Source: Engelhardtia mirabilis (lineage in GTDB: Bacteria; Planctomycetota; UBA1135; GCA-002686595). Taken from it: 64,000 nt of DNA. The number at the start of each line of letters is the position of its first letter. Position 1 is the first letter of the stretch. Made by a program: the position numbers and the translations under genes. The notes below the pieces were generated by a model. The model was not told where the DNA came from. It worked only from the letters and a program-made list of their open reading frames with translations, and made no database searches. Positions 48,987 through 58,290 of this stretch are shown here, piece after piece. The DNA lies in the NCBI RefSeq assembly GCF_007748095.1, contig NZ_CP036287.1:1024345-1088344 (forward strand). Direction: 5' to 3'.

Positions 48987-49913
48987 TCACTGCTTGCGCA
49001 GGAAGGCCACCAGGTCCTTCTCGAGTTCGGGCAGGCCGTACTCCATCACCGTCAGGCTGCGGTAGACGATCTGCTCGAGGGCCTCGGGCGTGTTCGGGTT
49101 GAGCTCCCGCGGCGGCGGATAGGAGAGGAAGTAGGACAGCGACAGGCGCTCGACCTCGCCGCCCTGTTCGCGGCCGGCGTACTGCCACGGGACCTCGTCG
49201 AAGGGCAGGGTGCCGGTCAAGATCTCGTACAGCATGACCCCGATGCCCATCACGTCGGCCTTGGGCGACTGCAACAGGAGCGGGTTGTAGTGGGGCGTGG
49301 TCGAGATCAGACCGCGCGAGCCGTCGCGCATCGCGGGGTCGATCATGACGACCGAGCCGGAGGGCTTGACGATGATGTTCTCGGGCTTGAGGTCGCCGTG
49401 GTACTCCATCGTGCCGGCCTTGCCGAGGCGCTGCAGGGCGCGCACGATCGACAGGAACCAGTTCAGGCGGATGCCCTCGAGCGCACGGACCTTCTCGCGC
49501 AGGGTCTTGCCGCGCACGAAGTCCAGAGCCAACACGGGACGACCCTCGTGCTCGAAGGAGTCGCGCACGCGCACGAGGTTCTGGCTCTTGGCCGCCTCGA
49601 GCAGGTTGCCCTCCGAGCGAATCAACTCGTCGATCTCGTGCAAGTCGAGGAAGTCGATCCGCACGCCGTCGTTGCGGAAGAAGATCGCCTCGCCCGGCGT
49701 CTCGTCGGGGCTGATCCACTCGGGACTACGGTGGCTGGTGACCTCGAGGCAGCGGGTCACGTAGCGACCCCCACCGGCGACGTCGCCGACCTTGAGCGCG
49801 ACCTTGGCGCCGCGCGGGTCTTCGGCGATGTAGACGCAGGCGAATGCACCACGAGCAACGAACTCACGCACCTTGTAGGTGCCGATGGTTTCGCCTGCTT
49901 CGAGCCTGATCAT
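48987..49913 (-). CDS. Small protein-kinase-like protein (atypical Ser/Thr kinase, about 308 aa)
   Basis: GAFACVYIAED...KVALKV (ATP lysine), catalytic loop HGDLKPENIIV, DPA in place of DFG, and no obvious activation-loop APE. Start at the ATG at 49913 (MIRLEAGE). Confidence 0.65.
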   Translation of the reverse strand: MIRLEAGETIGTYKVREFVARGAFACVYIAEDPRGAKVALKVGDVAGGGRYVTRCLEVTSHRSPEWISPDETPGEAIFFRNDGVRIDFLDLHEIDELIRSEGNLLEAAKSQNLVRVRDSFEHEGRPVLALDFVRGKTLREKVRALEGIRLNWFLSIVRALQRLGKAGTMEYHGDLKPENIIVKPSGSVVMIDPAMRDGSRGLISTTPHYNPLLLQSPKADVMGIGVMLYEILTGTLPFDEVPWQYAGREQGGEVERLSLSYFLSYPPPRELNPNTPEALEQIVYRSLTVMEYGLPELEKDLVAFLRKQ

Positions 49914-50188
49914 GACGGGGATGAAACTTGGGGGGCTGGGGATCGAGTGGCGCCGACCTGAGGTACGTCCGCGCGGGTCAAGGACCTCGTAGGCACCTCT
50001 TCGGCCTCGACCCTGGGTCCGCTGGAGACCTGGCAGGCACTCGGTCCCGCGAGCGCTCCGATCGATCCGCGGTTGGCACCCGCGCCGAATCCACGCGAGC
50101 ACTTCTTTCCGTGCCTACGTCTCGGCGGGCTCCGTCAGAGCGCCGACAACCCCACGCGCGAGTCCCCAAGCCGGCTCTCCGGCGGGTC

Positions 50189-50587
50189 TCAGCGGCCCCG
50201 GACTTGGTCCAGGCTGACGGGCTCCAGGTGCGCGGCCGCGAGGCCCAGGATGCGCGAGGCACCCTCGTTCACCGGGCCCGTCCCCAACCAATCGGGCTCG
50301 GTGCTGTGGGGCCGATAGCGCCAGGCGCGGCCCTCGGAGTCGATCAGTCCCAGCTCCTGGTTCCACACGTTGCGAACGCTGTGGAAGGCGCGGCCGTCCC
50401 CGGTGGCCTCGAAGCGCAGCACGAAGCCCACGTCGCTGTCCTCGTCCACCACCCGCCAGGCGGCGCGCGGGGTAGAGACCAGAACCTCGGGCAGGGGCGC
50501 CTGGGCCTGGCGCACGGCCACCGTCTCCACGCAACTTGCGCTGCTGACCGCGAGTGCCAGGGTGAGACTGAGGGCGATTTGGTTCAT
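50189..50587 (-). CDS. Small hypothetical lipoprotein
   Basis: MNQIALSLTLALAVSSASC lipobox; the start overlaps the stop of the upstream YfhO gene. Confidence 0.5.
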   Translation of the reverse strand: MNQIALSLTLALAVSSASCVETVAVRQAQAPLPEVLVSTPRAAWRVVDEDSDVGFVLRFEATGDGRAFHSVRNVWNQELGLIDSEGRAWRYRPHSTEPDWLGTGPVNEGASRILGLAAAHLEPVSLDQVRGR

Positions 50588-52833
50588 GGGGAGCGCCGTG
50601 CGCTCCGACCGAAGGTGCAAAGGGCCAGGACCAGCAGTCCGACGGCCGCGAGCACCAACCCGGCGCGGAAGGACGCGGGCGCATAGCGCATCTCGACCGT
50701 GCGGTCGCCCGGCTGTAGCCAGATCCCGCACAGGGCGTGGTCGAGCCGCTGGACGGGCACCGGTCGGCCGTCGACTTCGGCGTGCCAGCCCTGGTCGAAG
50801 GTCTCGGTGAAGACGAGCAGGGCCACGGCGTCGACGTCCACCGCGACCGTCGCGAGGCCGGGCGCGTGGCCCACGAGCCTCGCCTCACCCGGGGGCGCCG
50901 TGCCCTCGTAGGCCTGCGCTCCGGCCGGCGGCGGGCCCTCGAACAGGGCCACGCGCGGGTCGAAGTCCTCGGCGCCGAGCAGCGCCAGGCGCTCGGCGTC
51001 GTCGTCGACGCGCCTTGCCCCCTTGGCGACGAAGGCACGCCCCAGGGCCATCGGCCGCTCCCAGGTCACCAGGCCGGTGGGGGACGTGTGGACGGCTTCG
51101 AAGGGCGGTGGCAAGGGCTCGGCGGACAGGGCCCAACGCACGCCCAAGAGATCGAGCAGCGGGATCGAGCGATCGAAGTAGCCGATCTCCTTCACGAACA
51201 GCCGGGCGCGCTCGTCGCTGGTCAGAAGGCCCACGAGCTGCGCCATGCGCTCGTCCTCGATCGAGTCGTAGCCGGTGGGCAGGGCCAGGCGGTGGAACAG
51301 GTTCGCGTTCGGGAACAGGTAGGTCCCGCGCGTGCCCAGCACCCGCTCGGGGCGCTGGTCGGCGCCGGCGCCGTGCAGGAAGTCGACCGTCGCGGAGTCC
51401 GGGACCACCAACTCACGCGGCGTCGCGGGGTTGTAGCCGCGGGCGAACAGCAGCAGCTCGGCGGCCACCACCACGCAGGCGACCAGGCCCAGGCTGCGGC
51501 GCAGGACGTGTCGGCGCAGGCGCGAGAGGCAAGCGTCCAACCCCACGGCGCCCAGGGCACTCAGCCCGAAGGCCGCGAACAAGCCGAATCGCATCAGCTT
51601 CGTGCTGCGCAGGCGCGGCACTTCGCGCAGAAGGTCGTAGAGCGGCGGAGCCTGCCAGGCGACGAGCAGGGCGAAGAGACTCAGCCCGGCCAGAAAGCGC
51701 ACGCGCCCGTCGCGCCAGCGCAGCACCGCGCCGGCCACGGCCAGGATCAGGAGCAGTCGCCCGACGAACGGCCCGACCAGCTCCGAGTAGTTGAGATTCA
51801 GGCCCTTCGGACCGGTGTAGTCGCCGTGGGCCGGGTTGCCGTGCAGGTTCGGGGCCACGAGCAGCGGCGCCACATCGGCGAGAGCGACCGCGTCCGTGGC
51901 CTCGGCCTCTTCGAAGAGGGTCGCCGCGCGGCTGTGTCCGAGGTATTCGGCGAAGGGCAAGAGGGCGGGGGCGGCGACCATCGCGCCGACCAAGGCGCCT
52001 GCCCCCGCGAGGGCCAGGGCTCGCGCGCCCATGCGCGGACGCTCGGGGCTGGCCGTCGTGGCGCGGAAGACGACGTAGGCCGCGAGCACCAGGGCCGTGT
52101 GGGTGGCGGTCTGGATGTGCCCACCCACCAGCATCCCCGCGGCCACCACGGCCACCCACACGGCGCGCCGAGCCGTGGGCTGCTCGGCCAAGGCGCCCAG
52201 GGCTATCAGGGCCCAGGGGAAGAGGGCCGCCACATTGGTGTGCGGATGGCCGAGCCAGACCACGTTGAACCCGCACAGGGCGTAGCCGAAGGCACCGGCC
52301 GCCGCCGCGCTGGCGCGCAGCCCACCGCGCCGCAGAAACACGAGCATCCCGATCCCGGCCAGGCCCAGCTTGGCGAAGGCGATCCAGGCGAAGGCGTGCC
52401 ACGAGCCGCTGGCCAAGTGCAGCCAGTTGAGTGGCCACAGGAAGGCGCCGGTGTAGGCGGCGTGGACCGGCTGGCCGCCGTAGTCGTAGGGATTCCAAAG
52501 GGGCAGTCGCCCCGCGGCGAGCTCCTCGTGGGCGAAGTGCAGCCAGGGCTGGATCACCAGGCTCTGGTCGAGGAGCAGCGGATTGCCCGGTCGATGGCCC
52601 TCTGGCGCCGCCTGGATCCAGGGCTCGAACTCGAGCAGGGCGTCAGCCTGGGTCAGGATCAGCCCGCCGAAGAGCGTCTCTCGGAGCAGCAGGGAGAGGA
52701 CCGCGAGCAGTCCCAGGACCGCCAGCACCGTCGAACGCCGCTCGGCCGCCCGTGCGGCGGCCCCCGCGCCGTTGGTCAAGGGTGCGTTAGGGTCGGCACG
52801 AGCCGTCACCGGCTGCTCGGGGGATGAAACCAT
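50584..52833 (-). CDS. YfhO-family polytopic membrane protein (GT-C-like glycosyltransferase)
   Basis: 749 aa; more than 10 TM helices in the N-terminal two thirds and a soluble C-terminal domain, as in YfhO. Confidence 0.65.
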   Translation of the reverse strand: MVSSPEQPVTARADPNAPLTNGAGAAARAAERRSTVLAVLGLLAVLSLLLRETLFGGLILTQADALLEFEPWIQAAPEGHRPGNPLLLDQSLVIQPWLHFAHEELAAGRLPLWNPYDYGGQPVHAAYTGAFLWPLNWLHLASGSWHAFAWIAFAKLGLAGIGMLVFLRRGGLRASAAAAGAFGYALCGFNVVWLGHPHTNVAALFPWALIALGALAEQPTARRAVWVAVVAAGMLVGGHIQTATHTALVLAAYVVFRATTASPERPRMGARALALAGAGALVGAMVAAPALLPFAEYLGHSRAATLFEEAEATDAVALADVAPLLVAPNLHGNPAHGDYTGPKGLNLNYSELVGPFVGRLLLILAVAGAVLRWRDGRVRFLAGLSLFALLVAWQAPPLYDLLREVPRLRSTKLMRFGLFAAFGLSALGAVGLDACLSRLRRHVLRRSLGLVACVVVAAELLLFARGYNPATPRELVVPDSATVDFLHGAGADQRPERVLGTRGTYLFPNANLFHRLALPTGYDSIEDERMAQLVGLLTSDERARLFVKEIGYFDRSIPLLDLLGVRWALSAEPLPPPFEAVHTSPTGLVTWERPMALGRAFVAKGARRVDDDAERLALLGAEDFDPRVALFEGPPPAGAQAYEGTAPPGEARLVGHAPGLATVAVDVDAVALLVFTETFDQGWHAEVDGRPVPVQRLDHALCGIWLQPGDRTVEMRYAPASFRAGLVLAAVGLLVLALCTFGRSARRSP

Positions 52834-52959
52834 CGCCGCCGAGTCTAGCCCCCGCCACTCGTCAGGATTCCCGCCCAGCGCACCCGATCAGCTCTGTGTG
52901 CCCGGGATCCGCGGGCCCGCCGGATTGCCTCTTCTGGGCCGTCGGACTATCTTCCCGCC

Positions 52960-53856
52960 GTGGATCAATACGGACTCGAGTGTCACCGGAAGGCAGGGCG
53001 CATTGCGGCGGAGTGCCGCGAATGGGCCAGGCAGGCGATCCAGCCGGGGGTCGAGCTGCGTTCGATCCTCGAGACGATCGAGTCGATGATCCGCGAACGC
53101 GGTGCCGACATGGCCTTTCCGGCCCAGTCCAGCCGCAACGATTGCGCCGCCCACTACTGCTCGGCACCGGGGGACACCACCCGCTACGAGGAGGGTGATT
53201 GCGTCAAGGTCGACATGGGCGTGCACGTCGATGGCTACATCGCCGACACGGCCTGCACCGTCGACCTCTCGACGGACGGTCGTTGGGGGGCCCTGATCAA
53301 GGCCAGTTCCGACGCCCTGGCCGGGGCCATCGCCACCATCGAGGACGGCGTTCCGGTGGGCGAGGTGGGCGCGACGGTCGAGCGCACGATCATGTCCGCC
53401 GGCTTCGAGCCGGTCCGCAACCTCACCGGCCACGGTCTGGGCCGCTGGAAGGTTCACACGGCGCCACAGATCCCCTCCTACGCCGAGCGCGGCGGCGGGC
53501 GCATCAAGCAGGGCATGGTCTTCGCCGTGGAACCCTTCGCCTGCACCGGACGCGGCTACATCCGCGAGCAGGGCCGGGCCGAGGTCTTCATGATGGTCCG
53601 CCCGCCGCGCAAGGCCCGCGGACTGGACCGGGACGTGCTCAAGGCGATCGAAGCTTGGCGTGGCCTGCCCATCGCTCGGCGCTACTTCGCCGATCTGGAT
53701 CAAGAGGCAGTCGAGGACGTGATCGCGAAGCTCGCCCGCCAGGGCTCGCTGATGCGCTATCCGCCCCTCGTGGAGGACCCGGGCGTAATGGTCGCGCAAA
53801 CCGAACACACGATGTATCTCGGCCCGGACGGGGTTGAGATATTGACTGCCGCCTGA
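52960..53856 (+). CDS. Methionine aminopeptidase, type 2 (archaeal-type short MetAP)
   Basis: AAHY..PGDTT..EGD.VKVD.GVHVDGYIADTA, NLTGHGLG, VFAVEPF and QTEHT align with archaeal MetAP metal ligands; 298 aa. Confidence 0.8.
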   Translation: MDQYGLECHRKAGRIAAECREWARQAIQPGVELRSILETIESMIRERGADMAFPAQSSRNDCAAHYCSAPGDTTRYEEGDCVKVDMGVHVDGYIADTACTVDLSTDGRWGALIKASSDALAGAIATIEDGVPVGEVGATVERTIMSAGFEPVRNLTGHGLGRWKVHTAPQIPSYAERGGGRIKQGMVFAVEPFACTGRGYIREQGRAEVFMMVRPPRKARGLDRDVLKAIEAWRGLPIARRYFADLDQEAVEDVIAKLARQGSLMRYPPLVEDPGVMVAQTEHTMYLGPDGVEILTAA

Positions 53857-53945
53857 CGATCGTCTCCCGACGTACGGCACCCGACGAACGGCTGCCCAGC
53901 GCTCTCCCCAGCGGCCCCCCGCGGTCGCGTGCGCAGGCCTAATCG

Positions 53946-55589
53946 GTGAAGTTAGCTCTCGTAACCACAGCGCCGGAGATTCACTCCGGCATCGGTGATT
54001 ACACCCGTCACCTGCTGCCCTACCTGGCGCAGAGGTGCCAGGTGGAGGTCTACGTGCGCGACGGGACCGAGGGCACGCAGCTCGACGGGTTCACCACGCG
54101 CGCGCTGTCTACCCTGGGGGCCGGAGCCGCGGATCGGATCCTGTACCAGCTGGGCAACGAGGCGAACCACGCCTTCATGGTGCCTGCGATCCAGCGCCTA
54201 GGCGGGGTCGTGATGCAGCACGACTGGGTGCTCTTCGACCTTGCCATGGCCTGTCACCCGGCGCTGGTGAGGGGCGGAGTCAAGGGCGCGACCCTCGCCG
54301 GTCGCCTCGGCGGCAGGACCCAGTTGGCCACCTATGTGCGCGCCTTCGGTGCCCGCCGCCAGGAGCGCCGGCGACCCCTGCAACCGGTGGAGCCCAATGG
54401 TCGCCCGGGCAACCTGGTGGGCGGCTGGCACGCGCCCGAGGGCACCGGTCGTTGGGTCGCCGACAACGGCGTGTTCCGCATCCCCGCCGAGGGCGTCCGA
54501 TCCGTTGCGGTGACCTTCAACGCCCCCGTGGGCCGACGGGTCGAGCTGCGCCAGGGCGGGCAGGTCCTGGCGAGGTACCGCACGACGCCGGAGCAGCCCT
54601 GGGAGCGCCTCGAGATCGAGCCCGCCGAGCGCGAGCGGCCGACGCTGGTGCTGCACGTGGATCCGGTGCGGGTGACGAAGGAGCAGCGCCTGCACGGTGA
54701 CGCGCGGCGACTGGGGGCCTTCATCGAGCGCATCGAATGGTCCGATGCAGACGGGCGACACGACCTGGACCTGCGCGCGCCGGCTGCGGTCCCGCTGCGG
54801 CCGTCCAGCCTGTCGGACTTTCGCTTCGACCTGCCCCTCAATCGGGGCGTCGTGCGCCACGCGGACGGGTTCGTCGTACACAGCGAGTTCGTCGCCGAGC
54901 ACATTCGCGCGACTCGGCCGAACGTCGGCGTAGGGGTCGTGCACCACGGAGCCGAGCGCCGCTGGCACGAACAGACCCGCGCCGCTGCCCGACTCGAGCT
55001 GGGCCTGCCGCGTTCCTGGGCCGACGGCTTCCTGGTCACCAGCCTGGGCGGAGTGCAGGCGCACAAGCGCGTGGATCGCGTTCTCGCAGCCCTGGCCCAA
55101 GCCCGCCGCGAGCGGCCGGACATTCGTCTGGCGATGGCCGGACGAGTTTGCTCTGAGTCCTTCGACGCGCGCGAGGTGGCCGAGTCCATGGGTCTCGGCG
55201 ACGCGGTGCACTTCCCCGGCTTCGTCAGCGAGGAAGATGCCTGGCGCTGGCTGCACGCCGGCGATGTGTCGATCAATCTGCGTGGTCCGACCAGCGGCGG
55301 CACCTCCGGGGGCATCTTCCAAGCCTTCGGGCTGGGCCGTGCGGTGATCGCCAGCAATGCGGCCGAGCAGCGCGAACTGCCCGATGCGTGCACCATCAAG
55401 GTGCCCCTCGGCGAGGGCGAAGTGGACGCTGTCGCGCGGGCGATGGTGGAGCTGCGCGACGACGCCGCGCGGGTCGAGCGGCTCTCCGCGGCCGCGCGCG
55501 CGTTCGTGGACGACGAGTGCCACTGGAGCCACTGCGCGGATCGCTACGTGACCTACCTCGAGCGCGCGCCCCGACCCCGCGGGGTCTGA
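53946..55589 (+). CDS. Glycosyltransferase family 4 (GT-B fold) with an inserted or N-terminal accessory region
   Basis: MKLALVTTA... N-terminus; C-terminal GT4 motifs (FPGFVSEED...DVSINL, E-x7-E-like GLGRAVIASNAAEQRE). GTG start. Confidence 0.7.
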   Translation: MKLALVTTAPEIHSGIGDYTRHLLPYLAQRCQVEVYVRDGTEGTQLDGFTTRALSTLGAGAADRILYQLGNEANHAFMVPAIQRLGGVVMQHDWVLFDLAMACHPALVRGGVKGATLAGRLGGRTQLATYVRAFGARRQERRRPLQPVEPNGRPGNLVGGWHAPEGTGRWVADNGVFRIPAEGVRSVAVTFNAPVGRRVELRQGGQVLARYRTTPEQPWERLEIEPAERERPTLVLHVDPVRVTKEQRLHGDARRLGAFIERIEWSDADGRHDLDLRAPAAVPLRPSSLSDFRFDLPLNRGVVRHADGFVVHSEFVAEHIRATRPNVGVGVVHHGAERRWHEQTRAAARLELGLPRSWADGFLVTSLGGVQAHKRVDRVLAALAQARRERPDIRLAMAGRVCSESFDAREVAESMGLGDAVHFPGFVSEEDAWRWLHAGDVSINLRGPTSGGTSGGIFQAFGLGRAVIASNAAEQRELPDACTIKVPLGEGEVDAVARAMVELRDDAARVERLSAAARAFVDDECHWSHCADRYVTYLERAPRPRGV

Positions 55590-55624
55590 GGCGGGAGGCG
55601 TTCGCACGAACGCCTCAGAGGGCC

Positions 55625-56887
55625 TCACCAGTCCAGGGGCGCGCCGCCGGAGCTGCAGGCGGTCCATCGACGCTCGAGAAATCGACGGCGAGAGGGCGAG
55701 CGTTCCTCCTCGATGGCGCGGCGGAACGCGTCGGTCGCGGCTTCGAGATCACCCGCGAGCCACAAGAGCTGGGCCCGAGTCGCGGTGCGCAGGGGCAGCT
55801 CGACCGAGGCATCGATGCGATCGAGCTCAGCGAGCCCCGCACGCGGGCCCGTGACCTGGGCCAGGGCTACGCAGCGACCCAGGGCCACCACCGGCGAGGG
55901 GTGGCAGCGCAGCAGTCGGTCGTAGAGCAGGAGCAAGTGTCGCCAGTCCGTATCGCCCCAACTCGGAGCCGCTGCGTGGGCTGCAGCGATGGCCGCCTCC
56001 AGGTGATAGCGGGTCTCGCGCTCGCCGCTCATGGAGCGCTCCAGTCGCACGAAGCCCTCCGCCGTCAGCGCGCGATCCCAACGCGAGCGATCCTGCTCCG
56101 CCAGGGAGAGGGGGACGCCGCCCTCGTCGAGCCGGGCCTCGACCCGCGCGGCCTGGAGGCAGAACAGCGCCGCCAGGGCGTGGACCTGGGGACCGGCGAG
56201 ACGCCGGTCGTCCGCGACCAGCCGCACCAAACGAAGGGCCTCGTCGACCAGCTCCGCGCGCACGTGCGCCTCCTCGCGCGCCGAGGAGTGACCCTCGTTG
56301 AACAGCAGGTACAGGGCCAAGAGCAGCGAGTCGAGTCGCCGTGCGCGCTCGTCCCCTTCGCACTCCAGATCGACGGATCCGTCGCGCAGGATCGCGTGGG
56401 CCCGGGACAGGCGCCGCTTGACGGCTTCGGAGGTCGTCAGCAATCCGGCCGCGATCTCGTCGTTGCCGAAGCCGCAGGCGGTCTTCAGCACGAGGGCCAG
56501 GCGCGACTCGATCGGCAGGCTGGGGTGGCAGCACAGCAGCATCAGTCGCAACAGGTCCTCGTCTTCATTCGTCACCGGCGCGGGCGAAGCCGGCTCTGGA
56601 ATGGCGTCGAAGCCCTCCTGTCGCCCCTCTCGCCGCAGGTGATCGATGGCCGCGCGCTCCGCCACCATCGCCAGCCACGCGCCGGGCCTTCGCGGAATGC
56701 CCTCGAAGGGCCAGACCATCAGCGCCCGCACCAGGGCCTCCTGGGCCACGTCCTCCGCCAGCGACAAGCGGTGGGCGCCCAGCCGCCGCGTGGTGCGCGC
56801 GACGAGCTGGGCATACTCCCGCCGGAAGAGCCTCTCGACCAGCGGCGCGGTCGCAGCGCCGCCGGTCGTCGGGTCACCGGCGCTCAC
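55625..56887 (-). CDS. RNA polymerase sigma factor, ECF-like with a long C-terminal TPR-like extension (COG4941-type)
   Basis: Sigma-2 (EDVAQEALVRALMVW) and sigma-4 (LKTACGFGNDEIAAGLLTTSEAVKRRLSRA) regions, followed by about 250 aa of helical extension. Sits immediately downstream of a YciI-like gene, the conserved partner. Confidence 0.75.
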   Translation of the reverse strand: MSAGDPTTGGAATAPLVERLFRREYAQLVARTTRRLGAHRLSLAEDVAQEALVRALMVWPFEGIPRRPGAWLAMVAERAAIDHLRREGRQEGFDAIPEPASPAPVTNEDEDLLRLMLLCCHPSLPIESRLALVLKTACGFGNDEIAAGLLTTSEAVKRRLSRAHAILRDGSVDLECEGDERARRLDSLLLALYLLFNEGHSSAREEAHVRAELVDEALRLVRLVADDRRLAGPQVHALAALFCLQAARVEARLDEGGVPLSLAEQDRSRWDRALTAEGFVRLERSMSGERETRYHLEAAIAAAHAAAPSWGDTDWRHLLLLYDRLLRCHPSPVVALGRCVALAQVTGPRAGLAELDRIDASVELPLRTATRAQLLWLAGDLEAATDAFRRAIEEERSPSRRRFLERRWTACSSGGAPLDW

Positions 56888-56950
56888 GGTCGCGACCGGT
56901 TTGCCAGGGGAGGGCGTGGTCCACGACCCCGGGGCAATGCGCCGAGGTCC

Positions 56951-57346
56951 TCAGCGTCCGGCACTGGCCTCGACTCCAGCCGTCTCCGAGGCGCAGCTCG
57001 TCAAGTCGTCGACCTGGCGGATCTCCACCGTGCCCTTGTCCTCGAGCTGCGGATGGTTGCGGCACAACTCGATCGCCTGGGCCAGGTCGTCGGCCTCGAT
57101 GATGAAGAAGCCGCCGATCATCTCCTTGGTCTCGCCGAAGGGGCCGTCGGTCACCACGGTTCGATCCCCGTCGCGTCGCAGGACGGCGGCGGCGTCGGCG
57201 CCGGCCAGCTTCTGACCGCCGGCGTGGCGCTCGCCGAGCTCCTGGGCCCAGGTGCCGTAGCGGGCGATGGTGGCCTGCATCTGGTCGGGGCTGTAGCTGT
57301 CGTACTGTCGGGGGTCGTCGCGCAGGATCAGGACGTATTGAGCCAT
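56951..57346 (-). CDS. YciI-like (YCII-related, DGPF-domain) protein
   Basis: DGPFGETKEMIGGFFIIEADDLAQAIE is the family signature; 131 aa. Start is the ATG at 57346. Confidence 0.8.
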   Translation of the reverse strand: MAQYVLILRDDPRQYDSYSPDQMQATIARYGTWAQELGERHAGGQKLAGADAAAVLRRDGDRTVVTDGPFGETKEMIGGFFIIEADDLAQAIELCRNHPQLEDKGTVEIRQVDDLTSCASETAGVEASAGR

Positions 57347-57614
57347 GTGAGCCTCTCGGAAACGTGGGCAGCTTGTCGCGCGCCGGCGCAGCCCGGGCAC
57401 CGGCGGCGGGTGGCCCCAGTGGCCATCCGCAGGCTCGACGGACGGGAGCGGCGCGAGGGGACGCCGATCCCCGCAGATTCTGACGGCTACCCAAGGAGAC
57501 GGGCGGCCGGCTCGCAGGTTGCACCCCCGATGGCGAAAATCCCCTCGCGGCTTCGCCTCCGCGGTACCCGCCAGGCTTGATGCGATTGCGGGGCAGGGGC
57601 ACGATCCCGCGTCG

Positions 57615-58277
57615 ATGGACACGCTCACGGCAGCACTGTTGGGTTCGCTGGCGGTCTTGCTCGGCTGCGCGAGCACCGCGCCGCAGGATTCCGGACCGGC
57701 CAATCCTGAGGTCCCGCCGCGGTCGGAGGCCACTCCGGAAGCCGCGGACCGCGCTCCCATGCGGCCGCGGGTCGAACTCGGCTTCGGCCACCGGGTGCTG
57801 GTGGAGGACGCGGCCTGGTCCGGCGCCGACGGGCTCAGCGGCTTCGGGCTGCAGCTGGTCCACCCCCTCGGGCCCGCCGCGCCCCTGGCGATCGAGGGCG
57901 GCCTGACCCGCGTGACCGACGACACCGACCTCGCCACCCAGGTCGACCTGCGGGTGACCGAGGCCTTCATCGGCCTGCGCTTCGCGATTCCGCCGGACGA
58001 GGGCGTGACCACCCCTCGCCTCGAGCCCTACGTGGCAGGCGGGTTGTCGTTCCTGCACGCGGAGCTCGAGAGTGGGCCGGTCGAGGACGACGCCGATGCG
58101 ATCGGTGCCTACGTGCGCGTCGGACTCGCCTGCCACCTCTCCCGGCGGGTCGTGCTCAGTTTCGACTACCGCGTACACCACGAAACTGACATCGACATTG
58201 CAGCCGGTCCTCTCACCGTGTCGGACTCGAGTCTCGACGGCGCCCAGTTCTCCGTCTGGTTGGGTCTGGCGTTCTGA
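57615..58277 (+). CDS. Outer-membrane beta-barrel lipoprotein (OmpA-like barrel)
   Basis: Lipobox LAVLLGCAS; alternating amphipathic strands; terminal Phe (...WLGLAF). Confidence 0.55.
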   Translation: MDTLTAALLGSLAVLLGCASTAPQDSGPANPEVPPRSEATPEAADRAPMRPRVELGFGHRVLVEDAAWSGADGLSGFGLQLVHPLGPAAPLAIEGGLTRVTDDTDLATQVDLRVTEAFIGLRFAIPPDEGVTTPRLEPYVAGGLSFLHAELESGPVEDDADAIGAYVRVGLACHLSRRVVLSFDYRVHHETDIDIAAGPLTVSDSSLDGAQFSVWLGLAF

Positions 58278-58290
58278 GTCCTTCGCCGCC

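Noticed and set aside
50737-52827. 696-aa plus-strand ORF
   Set aside because: It is antisense to the YfhO membrane protein gene. Its translation is hydrophilic and RG-rich, whereas the minus frame gives coherent TM helices.
55388-57580. 730-aa plus-strand ORF
   Set aside because: It is antisense to the sigma factor and YciI genes, both of which have family signatures.
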